Of a stretch of DNA of 64,000 nt, positions 51,051 to 59,970 are shown one piece after another. Source of the stretch: Fimbriimonadia bacterium (GTDB taxonomy: Bacteria > Armatimonadota > Fimbriimonadia > Fimbriimonadales > JABRVX01); the NCBI GenBank assembly GCA_041483895.1, contig JBGPGO010000011.1:32001-96000 (forward strand), given 5' to 3'. The notes under the pieces were generated by a model that had not been told where the DNA came from, made no database searches, and saw only the letters and a program-made list of their open reading frames with translations. Position 1 is the first letter of the stretch, and every line of letters begins with the position of its first letter. A program made the translations under genes and the position numbers.

Positions 51051-54029
51051 TCAGGGCGATTGCCCCTTCATCAGGTAGTCGATGAGAGCCTGGTACATGT
51101 AGTCCGGCTTATTGAACGACGGCATCTGGGTTCCCGGGCTCACCGCTTGCGGGTCCTTCAGGAACCGGAACATCCAGTCCCGCTTCAGCCTCGCCGGTAC
51201 GAGGCCCAGGTCAGGGCCGAGTTTCTTGACGTCGCCCCCAACCACCATCTGCTTTCCGCCGACCGGATGACAGCTTTGGCACTTCAGATCGGCGAAGTAC
51301 TTGACCCCCGCAACGGCCAACGGATACACCAACTGTTCCGGCGGCGTGTACTCATAAGGTTCCGGCTGGTTGGACAGAGCCATCAGATACTCGGAAAGCT
51401 TCGTCGCCTCGGCATCGCTCAAGCGGAAATCGGGCATGCGGGCGTCTTGCCACCAACGTATTCGAAAGGGCCGTTTCAGGAACTTGAAAAGCCAGATGGG
51501 CTGAACGCGCTCTCCCTCCCTGGTCAGTTCCGGGCCTATTTTTCCTCCCTGGCCCGAGAATGTGTGACAGGCTGTGCAATCGTGTTGTGCGACGAGCCGA
51601 GCGCCCGCCACCAGTGGCGAATTCTCGTCCGCCATGCCCTGTTTATATTCGAGCGGCAGCTCTTGGGAGGTCAGCGAGAGCAGGTAGACCGCGATTGCGT
51701 TCACTGCGGCGGAATCGAGCCCAAACTTCGGCATGCGCGCCTTGAACTTGTCGGTGTCAAACGTCTTTGGATCCTTTATCTTGGCGAGCATCCAATCGTA
51801 CGTCGTTCGTTTGACCCCCTTGGCGTTGCCGAACTCCAGTAGGTCCGGTGTCTTGTCGCCCACGTGGGTAAGATCGGGCGCGGCCATCTTATAGAATCCC
51901 CGGATGTCGTGGCAGCCGGCGCATCCCTTATCGGCGACTAACTTGGCGCCGGCCTCGGCAGCGACGGTGTCGCGAAAGTCGAGGGGCAGGCCACGTCTCG
52001 CCGGCATATCACTTCCCAGCGAGAGCAGGTAGTCGCCTATCAAGACGCATTCATCGCTCGTCAGACCGAACACCGGCATTCTGCCATTCGGTAGATAGGC
52101 CTTGGGATTCTGGAGCCATGCGTAGAGCCAATCGGGCCGAACCTTTCGGCGCAGATTCGTAAGTTCGGGGCCGACAGTCGCTCCCTGGCCGAGTATCGTG
52201 TGGCATCCCATGCATCCCAACGTCTTGACCAATCGTTGTCCCGCCGCCAACCGCTCGGGGGACGGCGTGGGCATGGTGATCGGTCTCTGGTTGGCGCTTG
52301 TCAAGCCCTGTTGGGTGAGCAGGTAGGTCGCCACTTCCCTCGCTTGCTCGTCGCTAAGACCCAGGTTCGGCATTCGGGCATCCAGCGAGTGGGACTTGGG
52401 GTCTTTGACCCATGGCGCCAGCCATTCGGGCCTCAGCTTCTCGGCGACTCGGTCCAAAGCCGGGCCGCGTTTCGTCGTGGGCAGACCAAGGGCCTCCACC
52501 TTGTGGCAGCCGATACAGCCTGAAGCCTGGAAGAGCTGTGAACCCTCCAAGTACGTACTTTCGCCGACCAGTTGCCTAGAGTCTCCGTGGCACTTTCCAC
52601 AGGATGCCTGTACGGTCTCGCCATACAGAAGCGGCCTACCTTTTCCGACCAATTCCCCGTGCGCCTCGGACCGAGAAAGCGGCGTACCCCAACCGCCATG
52701 ACACGTGACGCACCCGAACCTCTCGACGGGATGCCACTGAAGCATCTTGACCGGGTGCGATCGGAACGGCTCCGGTGCGTTCTGGAACGCGGGATTATCA
52801 ATCGCCAAGTGACAGGTCGTGCAGCGGTCGGTGGTTCCGAGCCGCTCGCAGTAGATCTGCTGGACCTCGCGACCCCCGTTCCTGTTCCTCTCAAGGCGAC
52901 CTTCCACCAGTCGCAGGTCTCGCCGCACCGTGGCGACATATTCATCCAACTTCCGCTTCGATTCCTGAAGGCGTTGGTTTTCCTCCGGCGTCCGGCCGTC
53001 GGCCTCGGTCTTGTTGAGCTCCACCACATCTCGGGCCCACCGGGCCATCTGGGCGGCGGCCTTTACGTCGCCCTTTGCGCTTTCGACCTTCACTCCCGCA
53101 AGCGCACTGACGAGCGATTGTTGGGCCTCCTTCAGTTGCAGATCTGCCAGGTTCCGCTCCGCGGTGGCTTCGGACGGAAGCCCGATCATTTCCCTGCTGT
53201 GAAGGCGTTCCGATACCAGCAGATTGCGTCTGGCCGCCTCAACGCTCGAGTCGGCTTCGTCCACGTTCACTTGGATGTTTGCTTCTTCGAACGTGAGGCT
53301 CAGGTCCTCCGGTGCTTTGGCGTTGGGATAGGTGGTCTCGGTCTCGGGTTGGGTAGCTGCAGGCGCCTGAGAGCCTTTCGGGGCTTTCGAATCCTTGAAC
53401 TCCTTGTCAAGCTCGTCCATCTCCTTGGAATTCGCTTGCTGCGCGCCCCCCGGAGTACTCCCCCCTTTGCGCTCGCCTTGGCCTGCAGTCTTGTCATTGG
53501 GAGCTGGAGCGAGTTTGGGAGGTTGTCCTCCGACAGCCCCATTGCCTGAGGAGCTCTTATCTTGAGCGAACTCCTTGTCGAGCTCATCTAGCTCGCTCTT
53601 GGAGGCAGGCGCCGCGTTGGTCGCAGCCCCCGAAACTGTCTTAGGTTCAGTTCCGCCCTCACCGCTCGCGGACCCTTTGGATTGCACTCGCAATTCCGCC
53701 TCACCGAGATCGGCGTCAACCGCTTCCAGCTCTCCGGAAGCTTGGTCGAACGCTGCTTGCTCGACCAGATAGCGTTTCTTGGCAACGAGATAGTCGCCGA
53801 CGTAGTCGGGGTGCTGGAGTTTCCTGAGCAACTCAGCCCGTTGCGACAGAAGAATCTTGCGTTCAAGCACCGCGAAGCGATCCGCATATCTGATCCATTC
53901 CGGATGGGTGTCCACCCACATGGAGATGCCCATGACGATCATCACAAGGACACTGGTGACGAGAAACACGAGGTTCATCTTGAGGCTAGTCTGCGAGGGT
54001 CGCGGCCGTCCTCTCACTGCCACGGCCAT
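51051..54029 (-). CDS. Membrane-anchored octaheme c-type cytochrome
   Basis: N-terminal TM; eight CxxCH: CTTCH, CVTCH, CGKCH, CIGCH, CMGCH, CAGCH, CTACH, CQSCH; last five in GPxL...MP class I-like domains. Confidence 0.92.
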   Translation of the reverse strand: MAVAVRGRPRPSQTSLKMNLVFLVTSVLVMIVMGISMWVDTHPEWIRYADRFAVLERKILLSQRAELLRKLQHPDYVGDYLVAKKRYLVEQAAFDQASGELEAVDADLGEAELRVQSKGSASGEGGTEPKTVSGAATNAAPASKSELDELDKEFAQDKSSSGNGAVGGQPPKLAPAPNDKTAGQGERKGGSTPGGAQQANSKEMDELDKEFKDSKAPKGSQAPAATQPETETTYPNAKAPEDLSLTFEEANIQVNVDEADSSVEAARRNLLVSERLHSREMIGLPSEATAERNLADLQLKEAQQSLVSALAGVKVESAKGDVKAAAQMARWARDVVELNKTEADGRTPEENQRLQESKRKLDEYVATVRRDLRLVEGRLERNRNGGREVQQIYCERLGTTDRCTTCHLAIDNPAFQNAPEPFRSHPVKMLQWHPVERFGCVTCHGGWGTPLSRSEAHGELVGKGRPLLYGETVQASCGKCHGDSRQLVGESTYLEGSQLFQASGCIGCHKVEALGLPTTKRGPALDRVAEKLRPEWLAPWVKDPKSHSLDARMPNLGLSDEQAREVATYLLTQQGLTSANQRPITMPTPSPERLAAGQRLVKTLGCMGCHTILGQGATVGPELTNLRRKVRPDWLYAWLQNPKAYLPNGRMPVFGLTSDECVLIGDYLLSLGSDMPARRGLPLDFRDTVAAEAGAKLVADKGCAGCHDIRGFYKMAAPDLTHVGDKTPDLLEFGNAKGVKRTTYDWMLAKIKDPKTFDTDKFKARMPKFGLDSAAVNAIAVYLLSLTSQELPLEYKQGMADENSPLVAGARLVAQHDCTACHTFSGQGGKIGPELTREGERVQPIWLFKFLKRPFRIRWWQDARMPDFRLSDAEATKLSEYLMALSNQPEPYEYTPPEQLVYPLAVAGVKYFADLKCQSCHPVGGKQMVVGGDVKKLGPDLGLVPARLKRDWMFRFLKDPQAVSPGTQMPSFNKPDYMYQALIDYLMKGQSP

Positions 54030-54721
54030 ACCCACTTCCATTCCGGACCACGGAAGTACACTCCTATGAGAACCAACACCGTCAACATCAGTACAAACGT
54101 AACGAACCATCGTCTGCGAGCCCGTTCGACGCGTTTCTCATCGTCGAACATCGGACTTAGGACCAGTTTCGACAGAAGCAATGCGCTGACGATGAGCAGG
54201 ATGAAAGTTGGAATTCCATAGACCCTAATCGCGTCGGCGAAATCCGGTGCGACGGTGTGAATCCCGTTCCAGATGAGCCCGTCGACCGTCGGCACGGCGA
54301 CCGTGGCGATGAGAAACCCGATGGGCAACAGCACCATCCTCCCGCGGAAGAACGGTATCGCGCAGGCGGTAAAAACGAGCAGACCCGGCACGACCACACC
54401 GGCGATGAATGGCGGCGAATAATGCAGAAGCTCCTGGAGCGAGAGGAAGTACCATGGCGCCTTCGCTGGATTCGGAGTCTTTCCCGGATTGGCGAGTTCC
54501 TCGAGCGGCGAGGCAAAAAGGAATGACACGAGAAGCAGGGCCGCGAACATCAACCCGAACGCCAGGAACTCCCGCGCGACGAGATGCGGATATGTGCTGA
54601 CTCGATCATCGTCCTGTTCGACCGTGTGCGGCGGCCTGCCCTCTATGAACCCGAGAATGCCGTATTCCTTGCCCTCCGATGGGTGCACGGAAGAGGTGTT
54701 ATCCTCGCCAGATTGCGTCAT
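54014..54721 (-). CDS. Rieske/cytochrome b complex subunit IV (cytochrome b C-terminal, PetD-like)
   Basis: YPHLVARE, PLEELANPGKTPNPAKAPWYFLSLQELL, AIPF, FRGPEW. Confidence 0.88.
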   Translation of the reverse strand: MTQSGEDNTSSVHPSEGKEYGILGFIEGRPPHTVEQDDDRVSTYPHLVAREFLAFGLMFAALLLVSFLFASPLEELANPGKTPNPAKAPWYFLSLQELLHYSPPFIAGVVVPGLLVFTACAIPFFRGRMVLLPIGFLIATVAVPTVDGLIWNGIHTVAPDFADAIRVYGIPTFILLIVSALLLSKLVLSPMFDDEKRVERARRRWFVTFVLMLTVLVLIGVYFRGPEWKWVWPWQ

Positions 54722-55572
54722 TCAAGTCCCCCCGAGAAACCGTCCTTGCGGACGCGCCAGAAATGGTAGGCCATGAGGACAAACACAGCGATCGGCAAGA
54801 AGATGACATGAAACACGTAGAACCGGATCAACGTCGGTTGGTCCACCGAGAAGCCGCCGAGAAGGACGTACCGGACTTTATCTCCGACCGCCGGGATCGC
54901 GCCGGCCATGTTCGTGCCGACCGTGATGGCCCAGTACGCAAGTTGATCCCATGGGAGCAGATACCCAGTGAAGCTCAGCAACATCGTGAGAACCAGCAGC
55001 ACCACGCCGACGACCCAATTCAACTGCCGAGGCGCCTCGTACGCCTTCTGCAGGAATACACGAAGCATATGGAGGCACACCACAATCACCATGGCGTTTG
55101 CCCCCCACCGGTGCATGTTCCGGAGTATCTGACCTAGAGACACGACGTTTCCCAGATCCACCATGTCTTTGTAGGCGTGATCGACCGAGGGCACATAGAA
55201 GAACATGAGCAGGACGCCGGTGACCGTCAGGATGAAGAACAGTCCTGCCGCCAAGCCTCCCAGCCCATAGGTGCAAGAGAACCTGAGGGCGCCTCGACTG
55301 ATCGTTGCCGGGTGCAAGTGCATCCAAGAACTGGTGATCGCGATTTCGGACTGTTCCTTTGGGGTCAACGGGAACGGCTTGGGAAATGCGCACTCCCAGG
55401 CCGTGGAACGGACGATGTCGTTGCGGGCCGCGTTCAGGAAACCCAACGAAAACAGGGTTCGAACCTTACCGAACCACCGCTTGTCAGCTAACTGCCGGCC
55501 CGACTCGGTTTGGGCCCAGGCGCCAGACAGCTTGCGCCACACTCTTCTCTCGTGAACCTGATCGGCGCTCAT
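54718..55572 (-). CDS. petB: Cytochrome b N-terminal subunit (cytochrome b6-like)
   Basis: LTVTGVLLMFFYVP, RNMHRWGA...HMLRVF, TGYLLPWDQLAYWA, RFYVFH...YHFWRVRKDG (four heme His). Confidence 0.88.
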   Translation of the reverse strand: MSADQVHERRVWRKLSGAWAQTESGRQLADKRWFGKVRTLFSLGFLNAARNDIVRSTAWECAFPKPFPLTPKEQSEIAITSSWMHLHPATISRGALRFSCTYGLGGLAAGLFFILTVTGVLLMFFYVPSVDHAYKDMVDLGNVVSLGQILRNMHRWGANAMVIVVCLHMLRVFLQKAYEAPRQLNWVVGVVLLVLTMLLSFTGYLLPWDQLAYWAITVGTNMAGAIPAVGDKVRYVLLGGFSVDQPTLIRFYVFHVIFLPIAVFVLMAYHFWRVRKDGFSGGLE

Positions 55573-56039
55573 GTTCGAAAAGTTTCCCGGTTAGAGAGTG
55601 TTGTCCTCTTGTCCACAATCAACTCCCCACCGGGGCCAAGCGATAGTTCATAGACAGCAAGTGGTTTTGGCGCGGGACCAGCGTAATTCTTACCGTTCTC
55701 ACGATAGCGGCTTCCGTGGCAGGGGCAGAAGAACCCAGTTCCCGAGGCGTCCGTCCGAACCGTACATCCCAGATGAGTGCACACCGACGAAAGCGCAAGG
55801 AACGAATTGCCGTCCCGAACGATGAACACCTTCTGGTCTTCTATATACGTAGCCGTCTTGTCGGGAAAATCCTGAGGCATCCCGGCCTTGAACCGCAGAG
55901 GCTTCCCGAACTGGACGTTCGGGATGAACGAACGGATGGATCCCAGCACAATCAGCGCCACGGAGACGAGGAACGTGATAAGCCCGCCCAGAAAGAACCT
56001 ACGTGACCACTGCTCTTCCCTTTGTGTGTCAAACGGCAC
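55569..56039 (-). CDS. Rieske [2Fe-2S] protein of Rieske/cytb complex
   Basis: Tat-like SRRFFL + TM; CTHLGC and CPCHGSRY; GPAPKPL. Confidence 0.93.
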   Translation of the reverse strand: MPFDTQREEQWSRRFFLGGLITFLVSVALIVLGSIRSFIPNVQFGKPLRFKAGMPQDFPDKTATYIEDQKVFIVRDGNSFLALSSVCTHLGCTVRTDASGTGFFCPCHGSRYRENGKNYAGPAPKPLAVYELSLGPGGELIVDKRTTLSNRETFRT

Positions 56040-57882
56040 GCTGCGCCTCTTCGAATCGTCCCATCCACATGGCGTCGACCGGACATCGTTCGATGCACAA
56101 TCCGCATCGCGTGCATTTTTCCTCGTCCTTCAGCATGACGGACCAACTACCGCCAGTTTCTTTGGACTCGTTCGACATTTCGTCAATAGAAAGTCCATGT
56201 TTGGCTTGGGCGAATTCAGCAACCTTCGAATCGGCATCAATCCTGTCGATGGAGACGATCTTGAGGCATCCGAAGGGACAAATGTCCACGCATCCGCCGC
56301 ACAACACACATTTGGCCGAATCCAGCATAGGGCTGCGGTTGCACTGAAGGCAGCGAGCCGCTTCCGCAACCGCCTGTTCCCGGGTGTAACCCGTTTCCAC
56401 CTCGCTGACCCCGGTTCGTCGGTCCAGCGAAATCGTCGGCACCAAATGGCGCGCCACTCTGTCATACTTTTCCGGCATTTGGTGCATCGGCAATCGAATG
56501 AGACGGGGCCGCTCGGTTTCCTCGTCACTTGGGGCCTGTCCCGACAAGTAGTGATAGATCGCCATTGCTGCCCTGCGACCGTCGGCGATGGCTTCGATGG
56601 CGGTCCGGGCGCCGAACACCACATCTCCGCCGACATACACGCCAGGAACGTTGGTCGCCATCGTTTTTGGCGACGCGTTGACGAAACCGGCAGGTGTCAT
56701 GTCCAACTTGACGTCGTCACCTAAGAACGAAAGGTCCGGCAGTTGCCCTACGGCGAGCAGCACCGTGTCGCATTCGAACAGTTCTTCCGTTCCGTGATCA
56801 AACGTCGGAGCGAAACGGCCTGCCTGATCGAAGACCGATGAGCACCGGACCGTCTCCAAACCGATACACTTGCCGTTGGCCGAGAGAATTCTCGTGGGGC
56901 CACGGGAGTTGTGAATGACGATACCCTCCCGAACGGTTTCGGCGATCTCTTCCTCATGGGCAGGCATCTCTTCCTCGGATTCGAGGCACACCATATGAAC
57001 CTCGGGGGCCCCCATACGGCGCGCCGCCCGCGCGACATCCAGCGCGGCGCCATAGCTCTTGTCGCCGGCGAAATCGATTCCCGCCTCGCGGGCCGCGGTA
57101 CGGGCCACGTCAACGGCGACATTGCCGCCTCCGATGACGACGACCTTCTTCCCGATCTCGACCTTATAGCCCAGATTAACGTTCAGCAGGAAGTCAATGC
57201 CGTTGATCACGCCGTCGGCGTCGACCCCGTCAATCCGCAACTGGCGCCCTTTCTGGGCGCCGACGGCCAGAAACACGGCTTGATAATCATGAAGCAGATC
57301 GGCGAAATTGATCTGCTCTCCGACACGGGTATTCGTCCGGATCTCAACGCCTTTGAGAAGGTTCTCAATCTCTTCCAGGAGCGCGGCTCTCGGAAGGCGG
57401 TATTCCGGTATGCCGAGAAACAGCATGCCACCGAGCTTCTCGGTTGCTTCGAACAGCGTGACTTCGTAGCCCAGCAGCGTAAGATCATGGGCGGCAGTGA
57501 CGCCGCTGGGACCTGCGCCGATGACAGCGACTCGCTTGTTCTGCTTCGGGTGGCGACGAAAATCGCCTCCGGTCCTTCGGCCTCCGGAGGCAAAGTCCAT
57601 GGCGGCTCTTTTCAACGCTCGGATAGAAAGTGGGGCGTCATGACACCCCCTGCGGCAGGCCGTCTCGCAGGGATGGCCGCAAATCCGCGCGCAAATATTT
57701 ACGAACGGATTTGGCTGGCTTGCGATGTCGTAGGCCGCATCAAAATCCCCCGATGCAATGGCTTCGATATACCCCTGCGCGTTCGTATGAACGGGACACG
57801 CAGCACGGCAATTCACAGTCTTTCGAAGCCAGCCTGCGTCAACCAACATCGCCTTGTATCTTTTACCGACGGCTTGTCCCAT
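56029..57882 (-). CDS. FAD- and FeS-containing NAD(P) oxidoreductase (GltD/NfnL-like) with C-terminal 2[4Fe-4S] ferredoxin domain
   Basis: CRAACP...ICARICGHPCETACRR; VIGAGPSG; VIGGGNVAVD; RCLQC; CVLCGGCVDICP; CTRCGLCIERCP. Confidence 0.9.
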   Translation of the reverse strand: MGQAVGKRYKAMLVDAGWLRKTVNCRAACPVHTNAQGYIEAIASGDFDAAYDIASQPNPFVNICARICGHPCETACRRGCHDAPLSIRALKRAAMDFASGGRRTGGDFRRHPKQNKRVAVIGAGPSGVTAAHDLTLLGYEVTLFEATEKLGGMLFLGIPEYRLPRAALLEEIENLLKGVEIRTNTRVGEQINFADLLHDYQAVFLAVGAQKGRQLRIDGVDADGVINGIDFLLNVNLGYKVEIGKKVVVIGGGNVAVDVARTAAREAGIDFAGDKSYGAALDVARAARRMGAPEVHMVCLESEEEMPAHEEEIAETVREGIVIHNSRGPTRILSANGKCIGLETVRCSSVFDQAGRFAPTFDHGTEELFECDTVLLAVGQLPDLSFLGDDVKLDMTPAGFVNASPKTMATNVPGVYVGGDVVFGARTAIEAIADGRRAAMAIYHYLSGQAPSDEETERPRLIRLPMHQMPEKYDRVARHLVPTISLDRRTGVSEVETGYTREQAVAEAARCLQCNRSPMLDSAKCVLCGGCVDICPFGCLKIVSIDRIDADSKVAEFAQAKHGLSIDEMSNESKETGGSWSVMLKDEEKCTRCGLCIERCPVDAMWMGRFEEAQRAV

Positions 57883-57889
57883 TGTTCAT

Positions 57890-59275
57890 TTAGAACGCGA
57901 AGCTAAACACCAACCCAAGCGCATTGTTCTTCCCTCCCGCATTCAGATCTTTGGTGTACTCTAGGCCCGCCCAGAAATTCGTCCTCAAATAGTAGGTGAC
58001 GTTGGCCGTGATTGCTTTGCTGAACAACCCTGAGTTCGCTGGGGCATCCAATAAGCTGCCGCCGTTGACGCGGTTGTATTTCAGCACGGCCATCGCCCGT
58101 TGTCCGATCACGCGGTCGAGCTCTATGAAATAGCCGTGCCAATTGACCTTCTCGCCGGTATCGAGCGGATTGTCCGCGCTCCCGGAGAGGTAGCTTGCCA
58201 GCAGGTTATACTGCTTGATCTTCATGCCGGGCGTCTTCTCAATCAGTTCGCCGAAGCTGATGCTGAGATCGACGCCGCCCATTCGGTAACTGTTGGTGGC
58301 GCCCGACTCCACCGTGGTCCGTCCGGCGAAGCCGACAAGACCGATGAAGGAGTCTCCGCCAAAATAGGCATTCAGTCGCGCAGAAAAGTCCCCGGCATCC
58401 CGTGCTGTGGCGCCACCGGCGCCGTTACTGTTGTAGAAACCGACCTCCCATAGGAAGCCCACCAGCGTGTTCATTGGGTCGGCTTCTTCCATTTCCGCCT
58501 TCTCCTTACCTTGGTCCTTACCTTGGTCCTTCGTGGGCTCGACGGAAGCTCCAGTGGAGTCGGAACCGTTGGAGTCACCCACATCCGGCTTTTCATTGTC
58601 TCCGCTAGGCTTGCTGTGGATCAGCTCCTTGCTCACAGACGAACCGAACGTGCCGAATAACCGCACACCCTGATGCTCTTCGGCAAGATTGACGCCGCCG
58701 AGGTCCAAGTCCTGCAAACTATAGCCGGAGCGCGTGAACAGGTCGTGCTCAGTGACGCCGTGCTCAACAGGATCCAACTTGCCGACTTGCAAGTTGGCAT
58801 CGGTTCCACCAAGGTAGGTTGCGATCAGAGAAACCTTCCCAACATCGGTCCCCCCGTCCTCTGTGGACACTTCGCCAAAGAATCCCAAGTCGGGGGCGAT
58901 GGAATCCGCCGCGAAGATTCGGAAAGCCCATGGGCTTTCAATGCTTGTGGGCGTCTGGTTGCCGTTGACGCTTCGATCAAGATTGAGGTCATTCTCTACA
59001 AGGATCGCAACCGGTATCTGATCCAACAAGCTCAGATTCTTGTCCTCGGGAATGGGTACCTTATTGACAGACCTGTCACCGGGCTGCTGGTAGCCATGAA
59101 GCTGAAAGTTCTTTCCAAATGCGTTCAGCTTCGGAACCGCCGTGTGGCAACGCAAACAGGTCGTTTTGTATTTTCTTGCGAAATACGGGATCGCGATCGC
59201 CTTCTGGAGCACTACTGCTTCACCAACTAACAACGTGGCCAGCGTGAGCCAAGCCACCTTTGATCTACAATACAT
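57890..59275 (-). CDS. Cyc2-like fused monoheme cytochrome c-porin (outer membrane)
   Basis: Signal peptide then IPYFARKYKTTCLRCHTAVPKLNAFGKNFQLHGY; beta-strand-rich remainder; C-terminal Phe (FSFAF). Confidence 0.8.
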   Translation of the reverse strand: MYCRSKVAWLTLATLLVGEAVVLQKAIAIPYFARKYKTTCLRCHTAVPKLNAFGKNFQLHGYQQPGDRSVNKVPIPEDKNLSLLDQIPVAILVENDLNLDRSVNGNQTPTSIESPWAFRIFAADSIAPDLGFFGEVSTEDGGTDVGKVSLIATYLGGTDANLQVGKLDPVEHGVTEHDLFTRSGYSLQDLDLGGVNLAEEHQGVRLFGTFGSSVSKELIHSKPSGDNEKPDVGDSNGSDSTGASVEPTKDQGKDQGKEKAEMEEADPMNTLVGFLWEVGFYNSNGAGGATARDAGDFSARLNAYFGGDSFIGLVGFAGRTTVESGATNSYRMGGVDLSISFGELIEKTPGMKIKQYNLLASYLSGSADNPLDTGEKVNWHGYFIELDRVIGQRAMAVLKYNRVNGGSLLDAPANSGLFSKAITANVTYYLRTNFWAGLEYTKDLNAGGKNNALGLVFSFAF

Positions 59276-59364
59276 ATCCTTCTCCTATCCCGAAATGCGG
59301 ATATCGCTTAACATTGGTCCGTGCGCGACCCGCCACCATCGAAAGGGCGGTCACGACACTTCTC

Positions 59365-59970
59365 CTAGGACACTTTGAATACCACCTTGGCCTCTCCTGA
59401 AGCCGGCACCTGCACCGTCTGGGTGGCAGCTGTGAAGTCTGGGTGCCAGACCTTGATCGTGTAGTTGCCCGGGGGAACGTTGGAAATTTTGAACAGACCT
59501 TTGTCATTGGTCACATCGAAAAATGGGTTGGGCAATATCACAATGTATGCCTTCATGTTTGCGTGGATGTGACACCGAATGGGCACGACGCCAATCTTGT
59601 CGAAGGTCACTTCAGACGAGTCGCCCTTCTTGGTTTGACTGACGTTGAAAGTTTTCGTACGCGAGCTTGAGAAAATGTTGTGAAAGAACGGATCTGAATT
59701 GTTAAAGTGAACTTTCGTACCCTTCATAATCGCCAAGACATGCGGGGCGAATTCCTTGTTCTTTTGATTCATATTGGCCCCCCGAGAGGACGGCGAGAAA
59801 GAGCCGGGGACTTCAGTCAGACTAACAACCGCAAATGGGACGCGTGTGGCGGTGCTTCCTTTGACGGATTCGACCATGCCGATAATATCGCCGTTCGCAT
59901 TGGCAATTGTAGTGGCCGCAAGCGCCAGTACAGCCGTAAGTGGAAAATAGAGCTTTTTCGGATGGAACAT
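59365..59970 (-). CDS. Periplasmic cupredoxin (type 1 Cu) with carboxypeptidase-regulatory-like C-terminal domain
   Basis: Signal peptide; NSDPFFHNIFS and CHIHANM; NVPPGNYTIKVWHP; SD GAGGAGG. Confidence 0.82.
   Translation of the reverse strand: MFHPKKLYFPLTAVLALAATTIANANGDIIGMVESVKGSTATRVPFAVVSLTEVPGSFSPSSRGANMNQKNKEFAPHVLAIMKGTKVHFNNSDPFFHNIFSSSRTKTFNVSQTKKGDSSEVTFDKIGVVPIRCHIHANMKAYIVILPNPFFDVTNDKGLFKISNVPPGNYTIKVWHPDFTAATQTVQVPASGEAKVVFKVS

Noticed and set aside
56029..57882. Glutamate synthase small subunit gltD
   Set aside because: No gltB nearby, extra ferredoxin domain, and coupling to the Rieske gene
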